Source of the DNA: Hormiphora californensis
Lineage: Eukaryota > Animalia > Ctenophora
Reading direction: 5' to 3'
Length of the DNA stretch: 64,000 nt
NCBI GenBank assembly: GCA_020137815.1
Contig: CM035351.1
Coordinates: forward strand, 7,502,001 to 7,566,000
Part shown: piece after piece, positions 1-12,200 of the stretch
Layout: each line of letters begins with the position of its first letter
How positions within the stretch are numbered: position 1 is the stretch's first letter
Made by a program: the position numbers and the translations under genes
Notes under the pieces: generated by a model
Told to the model about the DNA's origin: nothing
Databases searched by the model: none
What the model saw: the letters and a program-made list of their open reading frames with translations, nothing else

Positions 1-2976
1 TATCACGTTCCTCCAAAGTAGCTCTCAGCTGCTCAATTTGCTCCTGTTGATCATCAATTGTATCCTGCATTCTATCTCCCATCTCTGTACACATGGCCTC
101 AAGACTGTCATGTGAGCTCTGTAGGGTGATAAGAATTGTGGTTACTGATCTTAGGGGAATGTGAGAGTATTCGAAACTTTTGAAAAGTGTTGAGAAAAGT
201 GCATTTAACGTATGGTAACGTACTTGCAATCGGAGTGATTTTTGTCGTTCCTTTTCAAGGTTTGTCCGACACATCTCATACTCGAGCTCTATCGTGTCAG
301 CTTCGTCGGTGGTCCTTCTTCGTCTATCTGATACGAGGGTAGGCAAGGCACCACCAGCCCCAAACAGATTTTTCACCACATCAGTATCATCTGTATAGGA
401 GGGGTGGGGTTACTATTGAGGGGGAGGGGAGATGGAGGTGGGTAATATTGTGAAGGAGGAGTGGGCAGTTAACACAGTATTGATTATTGAAGTTATGTCA
501 GGGGGTGGTACCTGAATTGGAGATCCTGCTGTTTTTAAAGAAAATGTTCCTCGGTGAGGGCATGAGACCACCCGGACCATGGAAGAACGTCTCTCTCCGA
601 CCTTTCCTACCACCAGCAGGCTTTCCACCGGCCATCTGACTCTTTAGAGCCTGTACCTCAGTATCTTTTATCTTCATATTGGACTCTAGTTGGTTTTTCT
701 CTTCTAGCTCTTTCTCTAGCGTCCTAGAGAGGGAGATGATCACTGTTAGCATAACATGCATCAGGGCATTGTAGGGGGTAGGGGGCTATTCTCCTAGTGC
801 CGGCGATATCGCTTTGCAATAGTCCCCTTTGGGCTTGCCGTTGGCAAGCCCTGGCACTCTGTTGATAGATAGATAGATCAGGGCATTGTGGTCTGACGCG
901 GAATACAAATCTTACTTGATTCTCTTCTCATATTTCAGGATGATAGCTTTGTCATTCATCGTTTCATTGATCTTTGGCTTGTTTTTCATCATCTTAGCAC
1001 TCTTCGCAAACTAATGGCATAAACAGAACGTTAATTACAGAACATCACATGTCAGTGCATTTAGTTTAAATAAGTGGAGTGTCTACAGATTGGAGCTGGG
1101 TTCTCAGTTCTCACCCTTAGTGTGGAGTGTGACTCCTCTACAGCCACTGGGGTCATGGTGCAGAGTACACAGGTCTTGGCATTTCCACCCAGGGACGATT
1201 GAAGGATCCGAGTTAGTCGGGACTCACGGAATGGGATCACACTAGTGAGAGAGAGGGGGAGTTAGTCGGGACTCACGAAATGGGATCACACTAGTGAGAG
1301 AGGGGGGAGTTAGTCGGGATTCAGGACTCGCGGAATGGGATCACACTAGTGAGAGGGGGAGTTTAAACATATGATATTACTCCGGGAAGGAATGCGTTTG
1401 AACGTAATATATGTATCACTGGTTGTGGAGGGGGGAGTTTAGAAGGTAATTTATATTCACTTACACTTCACTGACATCTGAGAGCTTGGCAATGACCTTG
1501 CTAAGGACCATGAGACTGTTATTGATATGTCCTCCCTCCTTCAACCTGATCCCCTCAGCTCCAGTCGCCTTCGCCCTCTCACTGCCAGCAAGATCAACTA
1601 GGTTCAACTGGCTGCATCTCACAGTCCGAGCCTGGCCATCTGCCTCCATCTCACAACCCTTGTCAGTGCTCTCTACCACCTGCAGGAGATACAGATATGG
1701 AACGATAGTGCTACAATAATGAACAGCTCTAGGGCCTCAAATCAAAATGACTTGTTTCATGTTCCAAACTCTCTCAAAAAAGAACATGCCCATGGGGTAG
1801 GTGGGTGGTGGGGTTTACATACCAGACGGAAGATTGTGTGAGATCTGCTAGATCTCTCGTTCATGTTGGTGGCTGCAAAGTGTCGCTGGACCTCCCCACT
1901 CTCTAGATAACTGAAGATATCCTCCTCACAGGTGACCAGGACTTCAGTGAGATCCTTTACATATACTTCACCCCTGATGTTCTCCCTTACTTTTAATTTC
2001 TGAGGACAAGAGATACTAGAGTTAGTATTACATGATACAAGATCATGGCTCCCGGACGCTTGACCGACTGGACGCTTGACCGAATGAAATTCAATCCCCC
2101 TTATCTCTTAACCCCTAACCCCTAACCACACCCCTAACCCTCACCCTAACCCTAACCCCCACCCTACCCTAACCCTAACCCCACCCTAACCCTAACCATT
2201 AACCTAAAACGTAGCCCTAAAACTTGGTCGGTCATGCGTCTAGTCGGTCAACAGTCCGGACACCCAAGATCATGTCGTGTGTAAGGGACATAACACCAAG
2301 CTTTCCCTAGTCACCCCGGCAACGCCTCTTCCCTCACCTTTTTCTCTGGATTGATGAGGTCGGTAATAGTTTCATTATAAATCTCCATATAGGATACTCG
2401 AAGAAGGAAGGACCTGGAGTCAGCATGGTCTGCACAATACGCAAAGATGTCCTTGACAGCTCGAGGAATTATTCCCCTGTCCTCACTGTTTCCCATCATT
2501 GTGTGAGTCTTGCCCGAGGAGGTCTGGCCGTATGCAAATATTGTTGCTGAAATAATGGAGAGATTTATTAATGTTTGTTGTTGCAGCTGGTAACAAAAAA
2601 ACTACTGGGGTTCGGGTCATGACGGGAGGAGATTTGAGGGGGAATATATTACCATTGATTCCTTCCATAGCAGAAATAACAAGATCCCTTCCTAACTCTT
2701 CATAAGTTTCCTCATTAGTGACATGCTCTGATAGTACTTTATCTGAAAAACAAGGCGTGACGTTTAGAAGTATGAATTAGAATTTATCTTCCCTCATTTT
2801 ATAACTAAATGCCAATATATGCACCCACCGAATGTGTATGCGGCATCATTCCTGTTAATCTCCCAGATTGATTGGTCATGGGATTGCCACCTGATTGGTT
2901 CGCACGCTTTCAGCTCTCGGTTGATCAACTTCCGAACCCGAATGGCAACCCTTACACCACTACTCTCTGATGCCAT
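1..2976 (-). CDS. CENPE: Kinesin-7/CENP-E-like motor protein, 5' part (multi-exon, continues past left edge)
   Basis: Spliced exons give [27 protein letters not shown] (P-loop), [22 protein letters not shown] (switch I), [25 protein letters not shown] (switch II), [22 protein letters not shown], followed by coiled-coil exons; GT-AG introns. Kinesin is certain; the subfamily rests on motif resemblance. Confidence 0.85.
773..876 (+). mobile_element. Short retroposed insertion (SINE or 5'-truncated LINE end) in a kinesin intron
   Basis: 13-bp direct repeat ATCAGGGCATTGT at 760-772 and 877-889; (GATA)n tail; internal hairpin GGGCTTGCC-gtt-GGCAAGCCC. Confidence 0.7.
1209..1360 (-). repeat. Three tandem ~50-bp copies of a kinesin intron/exon junction (acceptor plus exon start)
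   Basis: GAGTTAGTCGGGACTCACGGAATGGGATCACACTAGTGAGAG repeated; on the minus strand each copy reads polypyrimidine-CTAG followed by the first exon codons (VIPFRESRL). Confidence 0.85.
2047..2264. mobile_element. MULE-like MITE with internal telomere-type (CCCTAA)n repeats
   Basis: 9-bp TSD CAAGATCAT (2038-2046, 2265-2273); GG...CC termini; imperfect TIRs (GGCTCCCGGACGCTTGACCGAC / GTCGGTCAACAGTCCGGACACC). Confidence 0.8.
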
Positions 2977-3571
2977 GGCTAAACAGGGGTGTTAACTTGT
3001 TATAATGAGAGAGGGTCCAGCAACTTGCTGGCAGCAAGGCAAGTGTGAACAATGTATAGGTGCATTGCAATAGCGGGGATTGTTGGGGAATGGTAGCAGA
3101 ACAACGTAATAAATGGTGAGCTAGAAATATGACGGGGCAAGCCAGAGAACTGTCAGTGGGTTTGGCAGTCAAACAGGGGGGCAGGTTTCTGGTGCGAATG
3201 TACGGAGTGTAAAATTCCCACGGTAAGGAGGTGCGCGCGTCGTTTCGTTTCAATTGTCGCGGGTAACTCGCGCGTCAGAAGATCACCCCTGAAGGGAGGT
3301 GACCGCGCGTTACCTCCATGTTCCACCTTATCGAGGGACCCGTCCTTGGCACACGCCTGGGATAACCATACACAGGTGAAATAAATCTGAGTTCTGATTA
3401 TTTTAGATACTAGAAAACCCGTTGAAGTAAAGCGTAACTGTGAACTGAATACGACACGGGCATGTACTATAATAATATACCCACTATAGAACACCATGAA
3501 CACTGCACCCTGAACACTCTGAACACCCTAAACACCCTAAATACTCTCTATTTACAGATCCGTGAATTAAA

Positions 3572-6500
3572 TTTTGCCCCTCTTATCTTCCCCTTATTGA
3601 TTGTTGCATGTCATAGGGGAGGAGGCACATAGGTCCGATGCTGAGTAATGACAGAACACCTAGGGGTGGTTAACCACGAGTCCTAAAAAGACTGGCTGTA
3701 TTTTATGTACGGTGGCAAACGTGGGCTAAAGTGTGTAGTGAACCACTGAACATGCACCACTCTGCCTTCTATAGGCTTAGTGGAACAAACCAGTTGTAAA
3801 TTATGCACTCAGAGTCCTTCAGTTCAACTCCCATTTTATGTTGTCCTGGCTAACTCTAGAGAGATCCAAATCCCTTGCTAGTGATTCATGTTACTACGGT
3901 CACAAATTCATTATAAAATCTCTTCTACCCAGCGCCAGCTGGAAGTGTAGTAGAGTCGGTTCGCCGCCTTTATTTCTAATGCTATGATTGTCTTGTCTGT
4001 GGAGTCACGCCCGCAGACGTAAATGCAGTGAAAGAAAAATAATGATGGAAAGTTTTTATAAGGATATTAGCCAAACGTTCATTGGAACTCTAAACTGTCG
4101 TACCTTACGTACAGTCGAACGGCAAGAGGAGCTGGCTTATAAGTTCTGCAATAGCAAACTTGGTGTGCTCGCAATTCAAGAACATCGGATAGTGCATGCA
4201 CCGGGTGAGGTTATACGCATTACTCCGGCTGGGTCAGACTGCATCCTCTTAACATCTACAGCCGAGAGAAACCAGAGAGGGGCTTCAGTGGGGGGCGTGG
4301 GGATCGCCATGAGGGCAGCAGCGTGGAAGCTGATTACGGAGAAGGAGGTTGTCTCACCTCGCATCCTAAAGGTTACGTTTGCAGGGAACCCTCGTTTCAC
4401 TGTAGTTTCTGTGTATTCACCAACTGAGGGCTACAGCAGAGATGAAGTAGAGAAGTTTCACCATGACCTAAGGGATTGTATAAACACTATCCCTGCTCAC
4501 AATCTAGTGGTCGTGGCGGGAGATTTCAATGCGAAACTCGGCCGGTCGGATTCCCCCTCAGGATGGTATTACCACAAGAGCACTAGCCCTAATGGACTCT
4601 GTCTGAAGGAGACTCTACGGGAGGCGAATATGGAGGTTGCTAATGTGCGTTTTCAGAAACGGAAATGCCGCCTCTGGACTCACCTTTCGGACGGTACTCT
4701 CAGTAAATCCACCAAGGACTATATACTAGTGCGTAGGAAATGGCGGAACAGTATCAAGGACGCCGATGTATCTGAGATATTTAGTTCTCTCGGATCGGAC
4801 CATAGGGCGGTCACTGTTAAACTGAAGCTAACACTGCGGAAACGTAAAACACCCCCGGGGAGGACCTCTTACTGCTACGAGGAGCTGAAATCTAGCCCAG
4901 AACTGCAGGAGAGGTTCTCTGTGGAGGTGCATAACCGCTTCGCAGTGTTAGATTCAGCCATAGAAAACAGGGAAGATGCGACCGAGCGATATGGATGTCT
5001 AGTTGAAGCTGTTGGACAGACGAGCAAAGCTCTGCTGGGGAAGAAGCGAAAGAGGATCAGAGACGTGGTGGCTGATGATTTCAGGGTTAAACGAGCAAGG
5101 GAAAATGTGGAGACTGCAAGCCAGCAGTACCATTCTGCCCCATCTGAGGAAACCTTGGATAGAATCGGAACCGCGAAGAAGGACCTACAGAATGCGTATG
5201 AAAATGTGCACTCTGAAATTCTGGAGAACAAGATCAGTAAGGTTGAGGTTGCTACTAAGCACGCCAAGACCAGGGAAAGCTGGAGGTTGATCAACGAAAT
5301 TTCGGGACGACACCAGCGAGAGCAAAGTCAGATTGAGGGTGACTCAGCCGATGATAGAGTTGAGATATGGTACAACCATTTCAAGACCCTACTCGGGACA
5401 CAGGTTGAATCGACTGATGGAGATCTGGAAATTCCGGAGATTCACCCTCCTGGCCCAATCGAAGTTGGCCCCTTTACCCGAGACGAGCTGAAGTCAGCGA
5501 AGTCTAGACTGAAGGAAGCCAAGGCGTTTGGGGATGACTCAATCCCTCCAGAAATACTAAAGAGATGCGATGTGGATGACATTGTACTGGAGTTCTGTAA
5601 CGGAGCACTAAATGGGGAAGGAGTCCCGGATCAGTGGCGAATAAGCAACCTGATCCCAGTCCCAAAAAAGGGCGACCTTTCAAAACCCGGCAACTACCGT
5701 GGGATAGCTCTGACTTCGATTGTAGCTAAAACGCTAAATCGGATGATCCTCCACAGAATTAGGCCCCATGTGGAAACTCTGCTCAGCGATAATCAGAACG
5801 GGTTCAGGGAAGGCCGATCCACTACTAATCATGTTCTCACTTTGAGGCGGATTCTTGAAGGTGCGAGGGCAAAGAATCTTCCTGTTGCGATGGTATTTAT
5901 AGATTTCTGCAAAGCCTTCGACAGCATCAACAGGAAATCTTTGATGAAGATTCTCAGAGCGTATGGGATCCCAGCACGGATAGTGGACCTTATATCTTGG
6001 CTCTACACAAACACAAGGGCAAAGGTCATTACCGCTGATGGAGAATCTGCTCTCTTTGAAATTGTTGCCGGGGTGTTACAGGGCGATACGCTCGCACCCT
6101 ATCTATTTATAATAGCACTGGACTACTGCATCAGTACGGCACTCTCGAGGCACCCGGAGATTGGTTTCACCATCCAACCAGCACGGGGTACCAGATCTCG
6201 ACCGATTGAGGCTCAACGGGTATCGGATACGGAGTTTGCTGACGATCTAGTGCTCCTTGCCGACTCTACTGAACAACTTGGAACTCTGCTCAAGGAGGTG
6301 GAAACCGTGTGTGGCCAAATTGGCCTCCGTTGTAACCTTGGTAAGACAGAATTCCTGACAGAGGGCATCGATAACCCAGGGCAGTTAACATCTCTGTCGG
6401 GAGAGAGCATCAAGAGGGTACAGGACTTCAAGTATCTTGGTAGTTGGATCGCCGACTCCACCCGGGACATTAACACTAGAAAGGCTAAAGCATGGGTGGC

Positions 6501-6998
6501 ATGTCATAAACTCAAGAAGATCTGGAACTCGAGTCTTAAAGATGAGCTAAAGGTCCGATTGTTTGTGGCATGTGTAGAATCTGTTCTGCTGTACGGCTGT
6601 GAGACTTGGACGCTTACTAGGGATCAAGAGCGTAGTCTAAACGGCACCTACACTCGAATGCTCAGGATGGCACTGAATAAAAACCAGTATCTCCTGAGGA
6701 TGACCAACTGCGAGCTGTATGGTGACCTACCGATTCTCAGCACCAAAATAGCAGAGAGACGCCTGAGACATGCTGGCCACGCGTTTAGACACCCAGAGCT
6801 AACACTTCACTCAGTATTGTTATGGGAACCCTCCCACGGTAAAACGAAAAGAGGGAGACCAAACCTTACATTCGTGGACACCATACGAAGAGATACTGGA
6901 GTGAAGAGCGTAGCAGAGATATCTTCAATGATGGCTGGCCGAGATCCTTGGCGAAAACTGACCTACAGCGTTCGAGAATACCACTCGCCTTAAGTCAA
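3572..6998 (+). mobile_element. Full-length RTE-clade non-LTR retrotransposon
   Basis: 10-bp TSD GTGAATTAAA at 3562-3571 and 6999-7008; ~470-nt 5' UTR; single APE+RT ORF; very short TAAGTCAA(GT) 3' tail. Confidence 0.92.
3988..6993 (+). CDS. AP endonuclease + reverse transcriptase polyprotein (RTE-like); likely ATG at 4042
   Basis: APE motifs GTLNCRTL, IQEHR, GDFNAKLG, DYIL, SDH; RT motifs NYRGIAL, QNGFR, FIDFCKAFDSI, GVLQGDTLAPYLF, FADD, FKYLGS; RTE-type VESVLLYGCETWTLT; intact 1001-aa frame. Confidence 0.95.
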   Translation: MSCLWSHARRRKCSERKIMMESFYKDISQTFIGTLNCRTLRTVERQEELAYKFCNSKLGVLAIQEHRIVHAPGEVIRITPAGSDCILLTSTAERNQRGASVGGVGIAMRAAAWKLITEKEVVSPRILKVTFAGNPRFTVVSVYSPTEGYSRDEVEKFHHDLRDCINTIPAHNLVVVAGDFNAKLGRSDSPSGWYYHKSTSPNGLCLKETLREANMEVANVRFQKRKCRLWTHLSDGTLSKSTKDYILVRRKWRNSIKDADVSEIFSSLGSDHRAVTVKLKLTLRKRKTPPGRTSYCYEELKSSPELQERFSVEVHNRFAVLDSAIENREDATERYGCLVEAVGQTSKALLGKKRKRIRDVVADDFRVKRARENVETASQQYHSAPSEETLDRIGTAKKDLQNAYENVHSEILENKISKVEVATKHAKTRESWRLINEISGRHQREQSQIEGDSADDRVEIWYNHFKTLLGTQVESTDGDLEIPEIHPPGPIEVGPFTRDELKSAKSRLKEAKAFGDDSIPPEILKRCDVDDIVLEFCNGALNGEGVPDQWRISNLIPVPKKGDLSKPGNYRGIALTSIVAKTLNRMILHRIRPHVETLLSDNQNGFREGRSTTNHVLTLRRILEGARAKNLPVAMVFIDFCKAFDSINRKSLMKILRAYGIPARIVDLISWLYTNTRAKVITADGESALFEIVAGVLQGDTLAPYLFIIALDYCISTALSRHPEIGFTIQPARGTRSRPIEAQRVSDTEFADDLVLLADSTEQLGTLLKEVETVCGQIGLRCNLGKTEFLTEGIDNPGQLTSLSGESIKRVQDFKYLGSWIADSTRDINTRKAKAWVACHKLKKIWNSSLKDELKVRLFVACVESVLLYGCETWTLTRDQERSLNGTYTRMLRMALNKNQYLLRMTNCELYGDLPILSTKIAERRLRHAGHAFRHPELTLHSVLLWEPSHGKTKRGRPNLTFVDTIRRDTGVKSVAEISSMMAGRDPWRKLTYSVREYHSP

Positions 6999-7620
6999 GT
7001 GAATTAAAGGAGAATGTTGAATACATGTTTGGATACACCCTCTCGTGCCCCGAGGACTCACAGTTCTCTCTTGTATCTCTCTATGCTGAATCACCAACTC
7101 ACAATCTTCTCTTCAAGAAGTTAGTATGGATCGAGTTAGTTACTTATTATATTTTCTCAAAAAACTTAGTGGATGAACGGGGAGTTAATCAACAAAGAGT
7201 AATGCAGTCGGACCCTGATATAACCTCCCTTGCCCCCATATATAGGAAATTAACAGTATTTGACCCTGATTTACTGGGCACCCTGATTTAACGGGCTCAC
7301 GATTATTAAATTTTCAAAATTCCCTACTAAATTAATTTATTAAATTCGTTTTCTTTGGTTTTCGTATTAAATCCCGATATTAATTATGTTTCTCCTCCAG
7401 GTGCGAGGGAGCATTCCAATTGGTGGAGACGAAATACACCAGTTCCATTGACATGCAGGCCCACTTGTCAAAGTTTACACAACACAGATCATTGCCACTC
7501 TTCCCCTGTGTGATGTAACCTCCGATCTGTATCACCGCAGAACCATCATGGACTGATAGATTACTGGAAAGACTCTGGAATAAAGATATTATAAAAGAGA
7601 ACCGAGACAATTTGTCAATC

Positions 7621-8764
7621 AGTTTGCTTTTGAAAGAGAAGTTGAGACAGACGAGAAATATCCTAAGTTTTAACCCTGAATTTTATACTTGTTTCACATT
7701 TATTTACTTGCCCCATTAAATTTATGTTTTTTACTTTTGTGATAAACACAGAAGCGCTCTGATTTCTCGCCCCATTTTGGCCCACGTTGCTCGATATAGT
7801 CGAATTTTTTATTTAAGCGACAGGCCGCCGCGCATACAATTGGTTAATTGGTCATATCTCCGGTTCCTGATAAGATAGAGACTTGATCCTGGTTGCGTTG
7901 GAAAGATAAAATTTTTATCTTTCTAATGGCACCAAGAAAAAGTCGCTAGCTTATCAGGAACCGGAAATCGATTTCAAGCGCTGCATTTTGATGCGCGGCG
8001 GCCTGTCGCTTAAATAAAAAATTGGACTTTACATGTCGGGAACGCGCGATGACCACACTACGCAGTGAGTGAATATTGCGCGCAAACATGTTCAGTTCAA
8101 CCGGACAAATTAAATGGGGCACGCGTCTTTTTGTAGTTAACGGTGCAAACAACTGCCGCGCGCTCGCGATTTCTTTGCATTTTATTTGGAAACAATTTAT
8201 TTTTAAAAATCCGCACCTTTTTGAAACTTTTTGCGTTTCGTGTTGACCATGAATTAATTTATTATATAAGAACTCCGGTCAGTTCTCATCTTGCCAATCC
8301 GTTTTCCGGGAACCCCTGGCCAAAGGACATTAAAATTCACATAACGACCAAGTTTCATATCGATTGGATAAGATTTTGGGTGGCTACGGTGAAAAATATC
8401 GTATTTTTGGCATTTTTAACTTTCCCGACGCGATTTACGACCCTTAAACATTGAGTTACGGGAAATCGCCATCAAGTAAAATGAAGTTCAAACGATTCTC
8501 TTTCCCCACTATTGCGTTAGTTTTTTGATTTAGAGCCGTTTTCAGGGTCTTAGAAGCGTTTGAAAAATGTAAGTCTTTTTGTCGCAATGACGTCACCCCG
8601 TGACGTCACTGCTGTAAAGATCGGATCAAAAATCTGAGCCCGTACTTACATCCGCCTTGGTCCAAGGTACCAGTGTACAAATTTTCAGGGGTCTAGCTCA
8701 AAAACTGTGGGAGGAGTTTGAAAAACCAATTAACGGACAGACTGACTAACATTATGGAATTTAT
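7621..8764. mobile_element. Probable non-autonomous Helitron/Helentron-like (DINE/HINE-type) repeat
   Basis: Non-coding CG-rich block ending in ...AATTTTCAGGGGTCTAGCTCAAAAACTGTGGGAGGAGTT...GGACAGACTGACTAAC, an end style seen in such elements; boundaries uncertain. Confidence 0.3.
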
Positions 8765-8766
8765 TA

Positions 8767-8938
8767 CAGTCGGACCCCGATTTACCGGGCCCCGATTTAC
8801 CGGAACCTCGATTTACCGGGAGGGTAAACTTCCCCCGATATAGGAAAGTAACGGTATTTGACCCCGATATACCGGGCACCCCGATTTACCGGGCAAAACG
8901 CTTTCCCCCGAGCATCCCGGTAAATCGGGGTCCAACTG
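8767..8938. mobile_element. pogo/Tigger-like MITE
   Basis: TA|CAGTCGGACCCCGATTTA...TAAATCGGGGTCCAACTG|TA; internal CCCGATTTACCGG subrepeats; related copies at 20688 and 35223 and a decayed one near 7205. Confidence 0.85.
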
Positions 8939-9286
8939 TATATGGATTGTACGGGTCCACAATGCCAGAGTGTTGGTAGATGAATCATTAACATACCTAC
9001 AACATTAGCTAAATAGGGAGGCGAGGGTGTTAGTTCAAATATCACGAGCAATACCATGCAAATAGAACGAGTTGAAATATATTCGAAAGTTAGACCACAC
9101 ATTAACTACAAAAAGTAACTTTTTACATTTGATGCATGCCATATCATATGCGACACTATTGTCACAACACACAAGTCCTTCCTCTACGAAAATAGAGAGA
9201 TTATCTAGAGAAACCACAATTTGTACTCTCTTCTTACTTAACCACATTAACAGTCTAGTTAGATAACTAATTATCGTTCCTACTTC

Positions 9287-12200
9287 CTAAGGCCGTTTCG
9301 TGGCCGCTCGTGTCCCCCTACGTCTCGGCGGTGAAATTTGAAGGAGAATTTTCGGGTTTTTAGTTGCTCCCTGCACATTCTCTTTCTTATCCTCATTCTA
9401 CTGTTATATTAGGAGCCGTTGTGGAATCCAACTTCTCAGGTTGAAGCTCTCAACTTCTCTTGAGGATGACTTCAGATCGGCCAGTTTCTTCCGGGGCATT
9501 CTCAATGAGGAGTCTGGCTCTGTTCCTCCTGCCTTCTTTTTCCTGGGAGGGGATTTAATCAGGGGTAGTTATGACTTATGAGCATGGTAATATTTAGGGG
9601 GAAGGTGGGGGTTAGAGGAGCTGGGAGCACTTGGGAATCGATAAAAGAGGGGGCACAAAAGATCAGAAAACCAAGAAAACATCCAATAAATCTACCTGTT
9701 AGGGGAGTTTGGTATCTCGAATGCAGGTTGGTTTAGTTGTTACGACGGGTCGAGGGGAAATCTTCCTTAGAGTCGAGGCAGCACATCGAGACCTGCTACA
9801 TGTATTAGGGGGTACTGAAGAACTTGTCCTGTTGAGTCGAGTGAGACAGTCTTGTCATGATTCTGCATCTAGAGAGGGAATATATTAGTTTTCATTGCTA
9901 CTTCAGTCTTAAAGAAGGAATATGAAAATGAATGGAATTGTGAGTACCTATATTGTTACAGAATTCTTTACAAGGTTAAATGAAGAGTTATGATGAAGGA
10001 GGTGGTTTAAAGACACTCTGTACCATACCTCGACTGGGTAGGTAGAACGAAGGTGAGGTAAGGTTGCCTGATTTCTTCTTGATATTTCATCAATCCTCGC
10101 TGCATCAACCTCCTTAGTAAAGTTTGGTGATGCCGTCCTTTTTGGGGTCTGAAAACATAAAATTGATAACCCTTTCCCTGATTTCTCTCTCTCTCAACAT
10201 TGACTCCATATGAATTATGACTCGACAATTAAATTCCAAACTGTCCAAACACTGATTATACTCATGCTCCAAGTTTCAACTCACAACTAAAAGCCTAGGA
10301 ATGTTTGAGGGTGTTTTCGGTCTCGGGTTGTATTTCCGAATCATAACGGGGGTGCAGGGGGCCGGGGAGGAGTAGGCCGGTCGGAATACCGGTGATCGGT
10401 TTTTCTGGGCCTCAAGTGCTCTCTCCACCATTCGTATGTGTGCGTCCTTGTCAAGGTTTTCCTTCTTGGCTATGAACAGCAGTTCGTTCATATCAGCTTT
10501 TACTCGATTCAACTCGTGACGATGGTCATATTGTAGGTTATCAATCCTGGAGGGATATATAACACATACTAACTGCTACCAGTACACACCGCAGATGATG
10601 CATTATGAGGCATGATGATGATATGAAGCAATAATAATTCACACACATACTTTGACTCGAGATCATGCTTTTCTTTTGTTGTCATTGTCTTCCATGAGGT
10701 CAACTGTTCACATTTCAGTTTCAAACTTAACTCTACCTCCTTTAGTTTACTCTTGTGCCGGGTAATTTCCGCTACCTAAAATATATGAATGTTAGCTTAA
10801 CAAATCCCCCATGTTTCTTGACCTACGGAGATTGAAGTCACTATACCGCGATCTATCGTTTCCTATCGAGGGGAGGGGGTCAGGGAAGCTGCTATTGCTA
10901 CCTGAGAATCAAGCTGTTCCTGCAAGATCTTCTCTGCAATTTCAAAGTTATCCACCTTCATCTTCAGTTCAATATTATCTTTTTTCAAACTCTCTAATCT
11001 CCTCCTGAAAATAATACAAAAAGGGGGGGTCAGTAATTGGTTACGAATTCAGCCTTATTACTGGTGCTCCCGTTGAGGGCTAGTTGTATAACCAAGATCA
11101 ATAACATAACAAGATGAATAACGATCTATTTTCTATAGCATGGAGAGGATGCACTAACACGTGTCAGGTTTTCTTACAAAACTCTGTAAATAAACCTGTT
11201 CTTAGTTTATATCTAGTTATTGTCTAACCTGGGTAGCTTGAGGTGGCTCAGCCGTCATCAACTCATCTGCCTAAGTTTGGAAGGGCCTCGAAAACTCGCA
11301 TCATGATCCTTGGTACTTTTACCAGGTGCTATAACTGTTTCTCCTGTCATTCTTAAAGACAGCTAACTCCTCTCGCAACGAGGTTATCATGGCTTCAAGA
11401 GTTGATTTTTCAACTTGTAACCGGCACTTATCCTGATATTCCTTTCTCTGTTCCTGCCTGAGGGGGGGGGGGGGGGATGTGATTGTTAGGAGAGGGGTAG
11501 GGGGTGATACAAAGAATGATTCCACAATTATTGAAGAAGAAACTTCTAATAGATAGTGCCGTGGGGGGGGGGGGGGTGCTTGTCAGCACTGTGATGACGT
11601 ACCTTGCCGACTGATTCTGCTCGTTAATGGCCTCAAGCTGTGCAACTTTCTTGTTCAGTGTTGCAATCTCTCCATCTCTATCCAAAATAGTCGATTCCAG
11701 CTCAGAAATATCTTTTAACTATAAACAACAAGTTAAACATATTATACATAGATTGAGTGTAGTTAAACCGAACAAGGGACCAAACCAGTTTATGGTTTAA
11801 ATAAAGAATTACAAACCTTTATTCTGAGCTTGGAAACATTTTCTTGAGACTTTGCAAGTTGCTCACTCAGGTCTGTGCACGACTGCTTGTAGTCATCTAG
11901 TTGTAGTTTTACTGAATCTTTATCTGAGAGTTGAGCCTGTAACACAAAAATGATCGATTTAGGGAAAGTCTCAATTTGTATCTTAACATCAGCCTGGCTA
12001 CATGGATGGGTCTAGTAGACTGAGTCTACCTAGCAACGGGACACGAGGTAAAGGTTAGACGGGACACGAGGTAAAGGTTAGATGACAAGTGTTATGTCGG
12101 TTACGTGTTTATTGAACAATAGGCGTGGATTTGTAAAGATAATAATCAGACGTGAAAGCACGCGAAGACTTCTCAGCAGGTAAATGTTTCCATTGTAAAA

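Larger units (their letters stand above)
3558..7556 (+). pseudogene. MAD1L1: MAD1 C-terminal (RWD-like) domain gene, exon interrupted by a LINE
   Basis: Removing the LINE and one TSD copy joins 3558-3571 to 7009-7119, spliced to 7401-7556: IRELKENVEYMFGYTLSCPEDSQFSLVSLYAESPTHNLLFKKCEGAFQLVETKYTSSIDMQAHLSKFTQHRSLPLF, then after a frameshift in a C-run LCDVTSDLYHRRTIMD*. This matches the MAD1 C-terminal pattern (GY...Y/F.L.SLYAE...L.FK...QL.ET...S.P.FL..LT..L). A probable upstream exon ends at 3374. Confidence 0.7.

Noticed and set aside
2108-2220. Chromosome end or telomere fusion
   Set aside because: Short, degenerate and enclosed by TIRs and a TSD inside an intron.
3572-4041. HDV-like ribozyme in the RTE 5' UTR
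   Set aside because: Such ribozymes are known in some RTE elements, but I could not build a consistent P1-P4 pseudoknot by eye; a covariance-model search is needed.
4176-6476. Antisense and alternate-frame ORFs inside the RTE ORF (likewise inside cathepsin, FAM13 and SULT)
   Set aside because: Shadow ORFs of real coding sequence with no motifs.
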